Positions 32,981-42,710 of a stretch of 64,000 nt of DNA are shown here, in pieces. Source of the DNA: a virus. Taxonomy: Duplodnaviria > Caudoviricetes. The stretch's first letter is position 1, and each line of letters starts with the position of its first letter. The notes below the pieces were generated by a model. That model had not been told where the DNA came from. It was given only the letters and a program-made list of their open reading frames with translations, and searched no databases. The stretch covers positions 32,001 through 96,000 of IMG/VR virus record IMGVR_UViG_3300037067_015211. One strand, written 5' to 3'. Made by a program: the position numbers and the translations under genes.

Positions 32981-33090
32981 TTGACAAACGGGAGTTTATG
33001 TATAGACTACAAATAGTTTGAAGGGAGATAGACGGAGAAAGCCAATAATTTAAAAAAACATCTTGACAAGCATATAAATATGTATATGCT
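32981..33090 (+). promoter_or_regulatory. Two tandem sigma70-type promoters (32981-33008, 33063-33090), both with N16 spacers
   Basis: TTGACA-N16-TAGACT and TTGACA-N16-TATGCT. Confidence 0.75.
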
Positions 33091-33115
33091 TATCTATAGT
33101 TGAAGGGAGAAAATA

Positions 33116-33448
33116 ATGAAGCTTATCACAAAAGAAATTGAAAAACAAATTCCTGCCCTGTACTCCCAAGATGGAAAAGAAATGGCAGATGTGATTTGTT
33201 ATGCAAAATTGTTTGACCCCTACGGTCAATCCTTTTGGTTTCTCACCGAATATGATCCTAATGAGCGGCTGGCATTTGGCTGGGCATGTTTGGGCGGAGA
33301 CACTGACAATGCTGAATTTGGATATGTCAGCATTGCCGAACTGGAAAAAATTCAATTCATGGGCAAACCTCGTATTGAGAGAGACAAGTATTTCCGGCCC
33401 TGTCCGCTTGGGAAGGCTGTAAAAGAAAGATTGGATGTGGTAATTTAA
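33116..33448 (+). CDS. DUF2958-family protein
   Basis: IPALYSQD...AKLFDP....W.LTEYDP...AFG.......EFGYVS..EL......IERD.YF. Confidence 0.85.
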   Translation: MKLITKEIEKQIPALYSQDGKEMADVICYAKLFDPYGQSFWFLTEYDPNERLAFGWACLGGDTDNAEFGYVSIAELEKIQFMGKPRIERDKYFRPCPLGKAVKERLDVVI

Positions 33449-33517
33449 AAAAATATATTGACTTTTTGGAAAAAATATGATAAAAATAAAACAGAATTTT
33501 TAAAAAGGAGAACAATA

Positions 33518-34150
33518 ATGGGTCTGGGGCGAGAACTTAGCAAGGCGTTTAGTGGGTTGGAAAAGAGAATTTCTTACTTGGAAAAGGAAAATGCCCGATT
33601 GCGCAAGAAGGTGGAGGGCGAGACGGTTCGAAAGCGGTCTTCTAGGGCGGCGAAGAAGGTCGGCAAGCGTGGTCCCGGTCGCCCCCCGAAGGAAGTCGCC
33701 AATGAAGAGGTCAAGCCCAAGCGACGGGGACGGCCTCCGAAGAAGGCTGCGCCCAAGGATAATACTCCAAAGAAGCGTGGGCGACCCCCGATAGATAGGT
33801 CGATCCCTGTTAAGGTGCCCAAGAAGCGTGGGCGTCCACCTCTCCCTGAGCACTTGCTGAAACACAATCCGTTTGCCCATCGGCTTAAGCTTGGCGAGCA
33901 AAAGGTAGAGTATAAGTCTGTACCCGAGCCTATTGTCGAACAGGAAGCCGAAGAGACCAAAGATTTGCGCTTGGCCGCGCAAGGCGAAATCTACGACGAC
34001 AAAGATTTGTTGGAATTGGCTGAGGTTTTGCCCAAAGAAGAGGAAGATGACGACGATGGGGGAGAAGACGAGGATTGGAGCAGTGGGGTAAGCGAAGATA
34101 TTCCCTTTGCGGACGACGACGAGCCGGATGAGGATGCAGACGACGAATAA
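33518..34150 (+). CDS. HMGA-like protein: coiled coil, four AT-hooks, acidic tail
   Basis: KRGPGRPPK, KRRGRPPKK, KKRGRPPI, KKRGRPPL, then a D/E-rich C-terminus; AGGAG RBS. Confidence 0.8.
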   Translation: MGLGRELSKAFSGLEKRISYLEKENARLRKKVEGETVRKRSSRAAKKVGKRGPGRPPKEVANEEVKPKRRGRPPKKAAPKDNTPKKRGRPPIDRSIPVKVPKKRGRPPLPEHLLKHNPFAHRLKLGEQKVEYKSVPEPIVEQEAEETKDLRLAAQGEIYDDKDLLELAEVLPKEEEDDDDGGEDEDWSSGVSEDIPFADDDEPDEDADDE

Positions 34151-34176
34151 AAACCCCTAATTCCCCCTTTCACAGT

Positions 34177-34207
34177 GGGGCTAGGTGCAATGCCTAGCCC
34201 CTTTTTT
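34177..34207 (+). terminator. Rho-independent terminator
   Basis: GGGGCTAGG-tgcaatg-CCTAGCCCC followed by T6. Confidence 0.9.
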
Positions 34208-34238
34208 ATTAGATTGTCTTGGAAGCAATTTGGAAGAA

Positions 34239-34610
34239 CTACACTAAATGATTTATTTGATCTATTGTGTTTTCCAATTTGGTAAATAAATCGCGCATAA
34301 CATCGGGTTCATTCTTGTTGGCCGCAACGAAATCATTTAATATCTTTCCCAACTCCGCCACTTTCATTTGATTCCACTTGTTCATATCTATTTTTTCTTC
34401 AAAGCAAGAAAGAATTTTATCCATATCATTAACGTTTAGGAAAAACAAGATAAACTTTCTTGCTTCATAGTCACATTTATCACATATAGGAAGATAAAAA
34501 TCGCTAATCATATTTACTTTAATTTGAGAATAGCAAGGGGATTTTCCACAACGGAAACATTTGACTTTTCTTACTTGTTTTACAGAATACTTTTTGTTTG
34601 AGAAATCCAT
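34239..34610 (-). CDS. Hypothetical Zn-finger protein
   Basis: CFRC...CDKC. Confidence 0.6.
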   Translation of the reverse strand: MDFSNKKYSVKQVRKVKCFRCGKSPCYSQIKVNMISDFYLPICDKCDYEARKFILFFLNVNDMDKILSCFEEKIDMNKWNQMKVAELGKILNDFVAANKNEPDVMRDLFTKLENTIDQINHLV

Positions 34611-34622
34611 ATTGTTTTTTTT

Positions 34623-37600
34623 CTATTTGTTTTTTGTTAATTCATTGTATTTTTTCATTAGCAATTCTTTGTCCGCGCCTTTAACGTCAAATGTAAACTT
34701 ATAAATCCACTTTGCATTGCCAGACTTAATCACCATATTTTGAAGTACATTTATCTGTTCTGGCAACAAACCTTTAATTGCATCAAAAAAATTACCGCTT
34801 TTAAAAGTCTTAAACAACTTATTATAATCCACATCATAACCTCTTTCAGTGGGTAAAATACCCCTATACTTTTTCATTATTTTCTTAACATCCGGACTTA
34901 ACTCATCATAATAAGAATAAGGAGTTTTAGCAGAATACTTTTTATCTAGCACATCTTTAATCCACCTAGATTCACCCTTTTCAAACTTAGTAAAAATTGA
35001 TCCGGTATTGTGTTCAATATCATTGATTCTATCGATAATATACATTAGCTTTTTATGATCTGTTACAGAAGTATTTTTAAGGTCAATCAAATACTGAGTA
35101 ATAGCTGCCCATCTAGGTCCACCATATTGATAAGCCCAAGGAAGTTCATTAAATACCCTATGTGCCAATTCAAGGGGAATATAATCTCTTTCGCCATTCA
35201 AAATATGATCCGCTTGCTCTTTCGAAATATTTAACTTCTTTGCCAACTCATCTGCATTATTAATACCAGTTCTATTGCCCACATATCCAAAATACATATG
35301 CTCATCATATACCGCCTTGGTAAGATTCTTCACATATTCGTCTTTAACCTCTTCCAAAATCTGATAAGCCACTTGTTTATCTTCATCGTCTAACTGATCC
35401 ATCACAGTAGATAGAGCATAAAAATCATATACTTGTGATGGCTGTAAAGCTAGTCTTTTACGCCATGTATTGTATATCATATTTGCTGACACTTCCCATG
35501 TTTGTGTGGGTTCATAATATTTCTTTGCATCTTCTGGCTTCATGGACTCCGGAAAATCCATTTGTCGCATACCCGGATCCAACTCCAACTCTTCCACATC
35601 GCTAAATTCTTCGTATTCGCTTTTATCCGTTAGACTGTTGCTCTCACGTATTTTTCCCCTAACGAAATCTTCGAATCCTTGGTCATGAATTCCGTATGTC
35701 ATATCGCCCCAGACAAATATAAAATCACCGCAGGCATTCTCGTATCTTCTCAAATCAATCCTACCAAGTGGATGTTCTATTTCTTTATCGCCTTCTCTTA
35801 CCAAATACGCGACCATCCCGCCTCTGGCTATTTTGCTAAACACATATTGTTTCTCGTCCCCATGCATAAATCCAGCCGCTCCGTAGTTTTTTAACTCCTC
35901 GGGCCTCAATGTAAGGCAGGATGTCCATCCCCGGTCCGTGCTCATCCCAGCAATATCTTCCGGTTTATGCGTGAATACGATAAAATGCGGCTGTTGCGAT
36001 TTAATACCACCCTGTAAGCGATCTACAAAAATGGCTAGTAATTCAGGTTGGTCCTTTAGAAGCTTCCCTATGCCTATTTCTCGGCCTGTACGGGCATTTT
36101 GAGCGAGTCCTTGCCGATAATCAACAATTTGGTAACCGTTCCTGAGCAAATGAGATTCCAAGTTCCAAGGCACTTGAATTTTGTCTGCCTTTGGGGTGTA
36201 TGGAAAATATGTCCGCTCTTGCTGGAAGAGCAGCCCCCAAGTAAGTGATTTTGGTCTTTTCTTGGCATATTCTTCCGCCGCTTTTAACTCTTCTTCAGAA
36301 AGTTTGGATTGCTTCTGCCATGTGGTGTAGATAGATGCGAATTTTTTATTTTTTAACTCCTCATATTTTTTCATCAACAATTTTTTATTAGCTCCATTTA
36401 CACCTTCGGCAAAACGGTAAATCCAATGTTCATTGCCAGACCTAATTATTGCATCTTGTAATTTGGATATATTGACTCCCTTAATATCCTTGGCAACCTT
36501 ATAAATTAAAGGCCCATAGAAAAAAAGGTTTCCTTCCTCATCGTCGTTTGCGGTTTTCGCGGTTAGCCTATTTTCTACTATTTTTAGAGCATCTCTTTCG
36601 TCCTTAGTGTATTGACTTACTTCTTTTTTATCACTTTGTCCTTCAATCCTGCCAAAATTATCCAAAAAATATTGTTCACTTGAACGCCATAAATCATTAT
36701 TGCTTACAATCTCCAGCCAAGAATAAGTATTAAGCTTAGTTCCCATAACCTCTAAATTATTATCCTCGATCCACTTCCTTACGAACGGCATATACTCACT
36801 GTTTGGTCTACTATCGGACTTCCCATATACTTGCCAGACTTCATTGCCCCTTACATCAATCGTTACATGAGGCTCATTGGTAGAATCTCTTAAAGAATAT
36901 ATCTCTTTCTCGCCGCTCTCTACGTCCCGCCAATAATTTTCTCCCCCCACACAATGCCCCATCTTGTTGCCTTCTTCAACAAGATCGACATTACTGTGGA
37001 TATTTACCATCTTCATAGACTGGCCATCTACGGTAATTGTTTGGTCTCCTAGATGACCTACGCGGTATTCCTCTACTTTTTCTACGCTGGAACCGCCCGT
37101 ACCAATACGATGCCATTCATAAGAAGAATTAACCGCCTCATCATAAGACATATTTGAAACTTCTGCATATCCAACATCTATATACCAGTCATAAACTTCA
37201 TTTAAAGATTGCCGATTGCTCGAAATGTATCCACCCTTTACCCAGCCAACAAACTTTTCCATTATCGTTTGCATGCCACCTCTATCTGTTGGTGGATATT
37301 GTTTAACTATTCCTTCTATTCTAATCAAATATTTGCTATCATCTGCATTCAACTGTGACTTGTCTTCCTCTATCTCTAACTTTTTGTTGGGAATCAAAAT
37401 TTCCCAAGTCTTCTTGGAATCCTTTTGGGACAGGCCCATTATCTTAGTATAGTTGTTAATAATGAAGTTTGGGTCTTGCTTAATGGCCTTTATGGGTACC
37501 ACGACATTAGCCGGTAGATTAAACTCCTGTCTAACTAGGTCCGCTATCTCCTTACTTTTTACCTGCTCACCCTGCATGGAGTCTTGTAGCCTATCTACTA

Positions 37601-39116
37601 AACCAGCTAATAATTTCTTTGCAAATATTTGCCGTTGCCATGTGGTATGTATCAGCGATCCAGTTCTTTTTTGATATTCATTATCCATCAAAGCAACCGG
37701 TCCCTTATGATATTTTTCCCTACGAGTATTCTCATTCTGTAACTTCTCTTTCCAAAATGAAGTAACAGGATACTCGCCAAAAAATATCGGATCAACAGCC
37801 CCCATATCCCTACCTGACCACGTTGTTCTTACGCGATACGTTCCATCTGGATTAACGGCAAGAATTTGGGCACCCTCTTCAGTGGCATATCCATCACCGA
37901 TAATAATGGCTAAATCAGGGTTATTTTTAGATGTGGCAAATTGTTTGACCTTTTCTTGTCCTTCTCGTTTTTTTTCATAATTGGAATAAATCAATGACGC
38001 TTGTTTTTTGTTTTTCAATTCATTGTATTTTTTCTTTAATAATTTTTTGCCTGCCCCTTTAACATCTTGGGCAAATCTATAAATCCACTCTGTATTACCA
38101 GACTTAATCACAACATCTTGTAATCTGGGTATATCCGCGCCTTTAATATCTTTGGCAAACATATAGATCCACTCTGCTTTGCCAGTTTTAATTATTGCTT
38201 TCTGCAATTTAGATATATCGGCCCCTTTTACATTTTTTGCAAAATAAAAAATAAATTCTTCGTCTTTAGATTTAATTATTTGATCTTGTAATTTAATAAT
38301 TTGTTCTTTAGGTATAAAATCTCCGTATTTAGAAATATAATCAAATGCAAATATTCCTTCTGGGAATATATCATGATATCCCTTTTCGACATCTTCTAAA
38401 GCAAAATCTTGTAAATCCAATATAGTAGCAGTTATTTTATTGCTTTCAGCTAATTTGCTATTAACAAACTCTACAAAATTGTTGTCTTGAATACCGTAGC
38501 ATTCATTACTTCCAACAAAAATAAAATTGCCATTATTATCTCCATATCTCCTAATAGCTACTCTAGCCAATGGGGCTTCAATATTCTTATCGCTCTCTTT
38601 AATCAAATAGGCTACTAACCCACCCCTTTCTATTTTGTTAAATACTTGTTCATGGTGCTCACCGCCCCTTAAATCTACACAAGATTTCCAGTTTCTATCG
38701 GTAGATGATCCAGCTATATCCTCTGGCTTATGGCTAAATACTACCAATAAGTTTTCATTATATTGCTTAGCCTGTCCTTGTAGCCTATCATCAAATAGCT
38801 TTTTAAGGTCTTGTCTATTTTCCCTATTTAAAATCTTGCCTATCCCTATTGGTTGATTTTTGACCTTCTTCTTCGCCAATCCCTGTCGATAATCTACTAC
38901 CTCGAATCCTATAGAATCCAAAAATGCCTGAATCTCTTGAGGCACTTCTAGGGGCTGTTGTGTGGCTGTTTTATAAGGAAAATATGTCCGCTCTTGTTGA
39001 AAAAGCGGTCCCCATGTTAATTTTTTGCTACGCTTCTTGGCCGCTTCTTCAGCCATAGCAAGTTCTTCTTGGGATAGCTTGGCCTTTACTGTTCTTTTCC
39101 AAGTATCGTATATCAT
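34623..39116 (-). CDS. 1497-aa modular protein (putative virion-cargo polyprotein) with duplicated domain, ~28-aa helical repeats and PcfJ-like domain
   Basis: aa ~1-250 repeated from aa ~928 (LTWG.LFQQERTYFPY, HKPEDIAG.STDR.W.SC); repeats FAKDIKGADISKLQDAIIKSG; PcfJ-like EGNKMGHCVG..Y......IYSLRD..N.PHVTI. Confidence 0.8.
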   Translation of the reverse strand: MIYDTWKRTVKAKLSQEELAMAEEAAKKRSKKLTWGPLFQQERTYFPYKTATQQPLEVPQEIQAFLDSIGFEVVDYRQGLAKKKVKNQPIGIGKILNRENRQDLKKLFDDRLQGQAKQYNENLLVVFSHKPEDIAGSSTDRNWKSCVDLRGGEHHEQVFNKIERGGLVAYLIKESDKNIEAPLARVAIRRYGDNNGNFIFVGSNECYGIQDNNFVEFVNSKLAESNKITATILDLQDFALEDVEKGYHDIFPEGIFAFDYISKYGDFIPKEQIIKLQDQIIKSKDEEFIFYFAKNVKGADISKLQKAIIKTGKAEWIYMFAKDIKGADIPRLQDVVIKSGNTEWIYRFAQDVKGAGKKLLKKKYNELKNKKQASLIYSNYEKKREGQEKVKQFATSKNNPDLAIIIGDGYATEEGAQILAVNPDGTYRVRTTWSGRDMGAVDPIFFGEYPVTSFWKEKLQNENTRREKYHKGPVALMDNEYQKRTGSLIHTTWQRQIFAKKLLAGLVDRLQDSMQGEQVKSKEIADLVRQEFNLPANVVVPIKAIKQDPNFIINNYTKIMGLSQKDSKKTWEILIPNKKLEIEEDKSQLNADDSKYLIRIEGIVKQYPPTDRGGMQTIMEKFVGWVKGGYISSNRQSLNEVYDWYIDVGYAEVSNMSYDEAVNSSYEWHRIGTGGSSVEKVEEYRVGHLGDQTITVDGQSMKMVNIHSNVDLVEEGNKMGHCVGGENYWRDVESGEKEIYSLRDSTNEPHVTIDVRGNEVWQVYGKSDSRPNSEYMPFVRKWIEDNNLEVMGTKLNTYSWLEIVSNNDLWRSSEQYFLDNFGRIEGQSDKKEVSQYTKDERDALKIVENRLTAKTANDDEEGNLFFYGPLIYKVAKDIKGVNISKLQDAIIRSGNEHWIYRFAEGVNGANKKLLMKKYEELKNKKFASIYTTWQKQSKLSEEELKAAEEYAKKRPKSLTWGLLFQQERTYFPYTPKADKIQVPWNLESHLLRNGYQIVDYRQGLAQNARTGREIGIGKLLKDQPELLAIFVDRLQGGIKSQQPHFIVFTHKPEDIAGMSTDRGWTSCLTLRPEELKNYGAAGFMHGDEKQYVFSKIARGGMVAYLVREGDKEIEHPLGRIDLRRYENACGDFIFVWGDMTYGIHDQGFEDFVRGKIRESNSLTDKSEYEEFSDVEELELDPGMRQMDFPESMKPEDAKKYYEPTQTWEVSANMIYNTWRKRLALQPSQVYDFYALSTVMDQLDDEDKQVAYQILEEVKDEYVKNLTKAVYDEHMYFGYVGNRTGINNADELAKKLNISKEQADHILNGERDYIPLELAHRVFNELPWAYQYGGPRWAAITQYLIDLKNTSVTDHKKLMYIIDRINDIEHNTGSIFTKFEKGESRWIKDVLDKKYSAKTPYSYYDELSPDVKKIMKKYRGILPTERGYDVDYNKLFKTFKSGNFFDAIKGLLPEQINVLQNMVIKSGNAKWIYKFTFDVKGADKELLMKKYNELTKNK

Positions 39117-39451
39117 GATTTTCGCACCTTCTTCTCTACCGCATTACAAATCTCGTGCGCCTCGTCGTATGACAAACCCATGTGTTTCATAAGCGTTCTC
39201 TCTATCATCTCGTGCAGGATAATCGGAAAATGCTGAGACGAATCAATGTTACCATCTATCCAAATTTCTTTGTCGGGAATAAAGGAGTATCTCTCTCCGT
39301 TACCACCCTCTACGAAATCCATTTCGTACTTTGTCTTTACGGCATCCCCGTCAACAATTTTTATCACAACATCAGTGTCTACGGGAAGGCGATTTTCTTT
39401 CGCTATTTCCTTGATTTTATTTATCATCCAAGTCTTGAAAATCTTGTCCAT
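39113..39451 (-). CDS. Zincin-like metal-binding protein
   Basis: EIWID...ILHEMIER.LM...SYDEAH. Confidence 0.6.
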   Translation of the reverse strand: MDKIFKTWMINKIKEIAKENRLPVDTDVVIKIVDGDAVKTKYEMDFVEGGNGERYSFIPDKEIWIDGNIDSSQHFPIILHEMIERTLMKHMGLSYDEAHEICNAVEKKVRKS

Positions 39452-39596
39452 ATTGATATAATAGTCTATAGAAAAACTATTATATTTTTATGAGATTAAA
39501 AGATATTGGGAAAGATAAAGTACCAGCAAGAGAAGATGACGATCCATTCTTATGGTTCGTCCAAAATTTTAGACGAGAATTTCCAGTAAAGGACAA

Positions 39597-39743
39597 TGAT
39601 GACAAATCAAGAATGCCAAAAGCTAATAAAAGAACTTAGACGGCTAAAGAAATCACTAGATACGCCAGAAAAATCACTGAAATTCTTGGTAGATGCAGGG
39701 ATTTGCGCTAAAACAGGTAAGCTGTCTAAGAATTACCGCTAAA
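39597..39743 (+). CDS. Small hypothetical protein (not in ORF track)
   Basis: AAGGA RBS; MMTNQECQKLIKELRRLKKSLDTPEKSLKFLVDAGICAKTGKLSKNYR. Confidence 0.45.
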
Positions 39744-40364
39744 TCTAAACAAAACCATATTTACATTATGTGTCTCGGGCAACACGCCTACCAACTCTAC
39801 TCCAAATTTTTGTAGCCTATCCAGATTGGGCTGTCCACCGCGCATAAGCAAATTATATGAATCTGGCGTCATGGAAGCCGCTAAATACTTGTATCCTTTA
39901 CCCTTTAACTGTTGCAAATAATTGATAAGCAACTTGGTTACAACGATTCCCCTCTTTACATCCGCCATACTCTTAAGCACATTAAAATTGGCCACGTAAT
40001 GCACTTTACCCTTTCTGGCAGACTTTAGGACATCCTTGTACAATGATTTGATGTTATCGGTCGTATAAAGCTGTATGTCCTTAAATTCGTCATAATCGGG
40101 TGCATTGTCCGTATTGATGAAATCATAGCCGCCTAGATAGCCCACGGGCTTGTTCTCGTCCTTGGCTATGTTAAACACAGCACCCGGCTGTTCCGTGTCG
40201 TCTATAAGGTCGTCCGCTGGCTGGGGACCATAATAGGTAAGGCCATCGCCAAATCCTTGCTCTTCTAACTCGGCTAGTTGATTGGCGGTCTGCTCGTCCA
40301 GTTTGTCTTTAACTTCCTGAACAATGATTTTCGCCAGCCGTCTGAGGTACGTTTGGTAAATCAT
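39726..40364 (-). CDS. GNAT-like acetyltransferase with leader MIYQTYLRRLA
   Basis: IAKDENKPVGY, YVANFNV, RGIVVTKLL..L..KGYKYL, SYNL match GNAT topology. Confidence 0.6.
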   Translation of the reverse strand: MIYQTYLRRLAKIIVQEVKDKLDEQTANQLAELEEQGFGDGLTYYGPQPADDLIDDTEQPGAVFNIAKDENKPVGYLGGYDFINTDNAPDYDEFKDIQLYTTDNIKSLYKDVLKSARKGKVHYVANFNVLKSMADVKRGIVVTKLLINYLQQLKGKGYKYLAASMTPDSYNLLMRGGQPNLDRLQKFGVELVGVLPETHNVNMVLFRFSGNS

Positions 40365-40753
40365 TTACCATCTTCTTTTATTTTTATCGATTTATCAATA
40401 AAATATTTTTTATTAGTAATGTGTGTGCCCCCAAAACTAATTCCCAATAAAATTCCCATTCTTGTTTTCCACTCAGTTAGATACCCAACAAAATCATCAT
40501 ATTTATCGCCAATTGGAGTTGGAATTACATCCATACTTCCAACCGTAGAATAAAAGACTTTCTCTGTAACCTCTTGCATAGTATCGCTAAACCTATTAAT
40601 ATAGGCATCCCACTTACATCTAGCGGGGCTTGATGGGTCACACTTATCCATCGACCTAAACTTTTCTTTTATATCTCTAGCGTTCCAGTCTTCAAAGTTA
40701 AAATATTTTTTTTGTGCTTGTTTTTTTTCTTTCCAATTTTTAAATATTTCCAT
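40361..40753 (-). CDS. Hypothetical protein with leader MEIFKNWKEKKQA
   Basis: GAGG RBS; flanked by a 20-bp direct repeat. Confidence 0.7.
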   Translation of the reverse strand: MEIFKNWKEKKQAQKKYFNFEDWNARDIKEKFRSMDKCDPSSPARCKWDAYINRFSDTMQEVTEKVFYSTVGSMDVIPTPIGDKYDDFVGYLTEWKTRMGILLGISFGGTHITNKKYFIDKSIKIKEDGK

Positions 40754-40958
40754 GTTACCTCACTCCTAAGGTACGTTTGGTAGATCATCTTTACTCTTCT
40801 TAGTAGTGGCCAAATAACGCTTGCTCTTCATTTGGTCAGCAAATTTATTCGCCTGTCGCTCTTCCTTAGTTCTAGTCTTCCACTTACCATGTTCGAATTT
40901 TTGGCTTCCATTCCGCTGAGTCCTATTAGCCATTACATCTCTCCTATAATAGTTGTTT

Positions 40959-41828
40959 TCAGCCTTTTATTCTAATTGATATTTCTACTTCTTTTTTGCA
41001 CTTAGGACAATCAATCAGTTCCTTATCTGTAATCGTCTTGCCATGTAGACCAATCTTTTGAGCACAAAATGGACATCTTATAATGATCTGCCACTTTTCC
41101 TTCTCATTAGATTTAGGCATCGGAGGACACATGTTTTTAAATACATCACTAAAATCAAATGGATTTGACATCATTCGACTTTCAAAATAGTTTTTACTTT
41201 ATCGTAGTCAATGACTGTAAATGTTACTCCGGCAAATAAATTTGTATGCTCATTCCAATGGTCTTCATCATCGTCAGAACAATTAACAATGTATGGACAA
41301 AAGATTCTGTACAACTCTCGTCCATAAACATAATCTATCGCATTATCAAAATGGCCTTGAAATATATCTACAAACTCTCTATATTTCCGATCAAGAAGTT
41401 TTTCTAAAAAACAAATTATTTTCTTTTTTATTTCATCTTTTTTCTTTGTAGTTATGTCTTTGTAATTTTCTAAAAAAGAAAAATCGATATTGCTTATCTT
41501 AAAGTCGTCCGGGAACAACAATATGATTTGTTCGCAGTCACTCATCCTAAAATCTCTCTATCCTGTTCCCGCTCTCAATATCAAGGGCAACTCCATATCT
41601 ACCACCTTCAAATTCTTGCTCTTCTACGGGCCATACATAGTAGGCAAAGCAGAAGTGGCAATACAAATCATAATCATGAATTTCGAATAATTGATGCAAA
41701 TGTCCTGTTTTCATATCAACTACAAGTTTTTTGTCTGTGCCCTCTTTTGCCTTTTCTTTCCATTGACTCCACTTCTTATAGTGCCATTGAGACATCACAT
41801 CGAGAAGTTCAATTGTGGCGTTAGTCAT
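40959..41828 (-). CDS. Hypothetical proteins (40959-41174 Zn ribbon, 41171-41545, 41547-41828)
   Basis: Abutting - strand ORFs. Confidence 0.6.
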
Positions 41829-41906
41829 TGGTGTTGTCCTTTAATTATGTTCATATGTTCCGTTCCGTCAACAAATATTTGCAAGTGCCTACGTTTAGCA
41901 ACAAAA

Positions 41907-41979
41907 TTGCCCGACCAAGACTCGAACTTGGAACACAAGATTCAAAATCTTGCATGTTAGCCAATTACACCATCGGGCA
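41907..41979 (-). tRNA. tRNA-Gln(UUG)
   Basis: Reverse complement TGCCCGA...CAAGA-TT TTG AA-TCTTG...TTCGAGT...TCGGGCA; no encoded CCA. Confidence 0.9.
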
Positions 41980-41983
41980 AAAA

Positions 41984-42055
41984 AGCCCCGAGTGGGAATC
42001 GAACCCACAGTCTCCGATTTACAAAACCGGTGCTTCACCGTTAAGCTATCGAGGC
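41984..42055 (-). tRNA. tRNA-Thr(UGU)
   Basis: Reverse complement GCCTCGA...CCGGT-TT TGT AA-ATCGG...GTGGG-TTCGATT-CCCAC-TCGGGGC-T. Confidence 0.9.
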
Positions 42056-42219
42056 GTATTCTTCATCTTCTCGAAACACACTGCACAAAACATATTGTGC
42101 ATGCGCAAATCAATTTCACTCGCCTTAAATGATTTACCACATTCCTGACAGGTGACATAGATTTTCTTCTTGGTCGCCTTGTCCCCGTATACAAGTTTCA
42201 GTTCCGTGTTGTTGTCCAT
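42046..42219 (-). CDS. Small Zn-ribbon protein between tRNAs (not in ORF track)
   Basis: GAGG RBS; MDNNTELK...CQECGK...CAVCFEK. Confidence 0.55.
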   Translation of the reverse strand: MDNNTELKLVYGDKATKKKIYVTCQECGKSFKASEIDLRMHNMFCAVCFEKMKNTPR

Positions 42220-42259
42220 TTCTGTTCCTCATCATTATGTTGTTGTCACCAATATGATC

Positions 42260-42505
42260 CTACTTCTCTATAAATATTTTAGTCAAATCAATTTGCATGT
42301 CAAGCGCAATTGCTATTTTTAAAAGTTGTTTAATAGTGATTTTGTTGGGGAAGTCACCTAATAGGCGGCAAATGAATTTGTGGCTAACGTTAGCTTTCTT
42401 TGCCAGCTTTCTTTTGGACAAATGTAGTTCATCCATTCTGTCTGATATAGGTTCAGAAATATCAAGGATAAGGTCATAGTATTTTTTGAGAAAGTCTTCT
42501 TTCAT
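42260..42505 (-). CDS. XRE-like HTH protein
   Basis: LSKRKLAKKANVS...ITIKQLLKIAIALDM; paralog of 28177. Confidence 0.7.
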   Translation of the reverse strand: MKEDFLKKYYDLILDISEPISDRMDELHLSKRKLAKKANVSHKFICRLLGDFPNKITIKQLLKIAIALDMQIDLTKIFIEK

Positions 42506-42536
42506 TTTTATATCCTCGCTTTTAGCGTTTGTTTTT

Positions 42537-42609
42537 CTCCGAGGGGAGAATTCGAATCTCCAGTCTACTGATTAACAGTCAGTTGCATAACCAATTATGC
42601 TACCTCGGA
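42537..42609 (-). tRNA. tRNA-Asn(GUU)
   Basis: Reverse complement TCCGAGG...ACTGA-CT GTT AA-TCAGT...TTCGAAT...CCTCGGA-G. Confidence 0.9.
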
Positions 42610-42618
42610 TCTTCAAAA

Positions 42619-42700
42619 TGGATGGTGGTGGATTTGAACCACCGAAGACGGAGCCACCAGATTTACAGTCTGGCCCCTTTGACCACTCGGGCAACCATCC
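42619..42700 (-). tRNA. tRNA-Tyr(GUA)
   Basis: Reverse complement GGATGGT...CCAGA-CT GTA AA-TCTGG, long variable arm, TTCAAAT. Confidence 0.92.
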
Positions 42701-42710
42701 AAACAAATTT

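Noticed and set aside
33500-33982. Alternative-frame ORFs over the AT-hook gene
   Set aside because: They are by-products of locally high GC; only the + frame has an RBS and a terminator.
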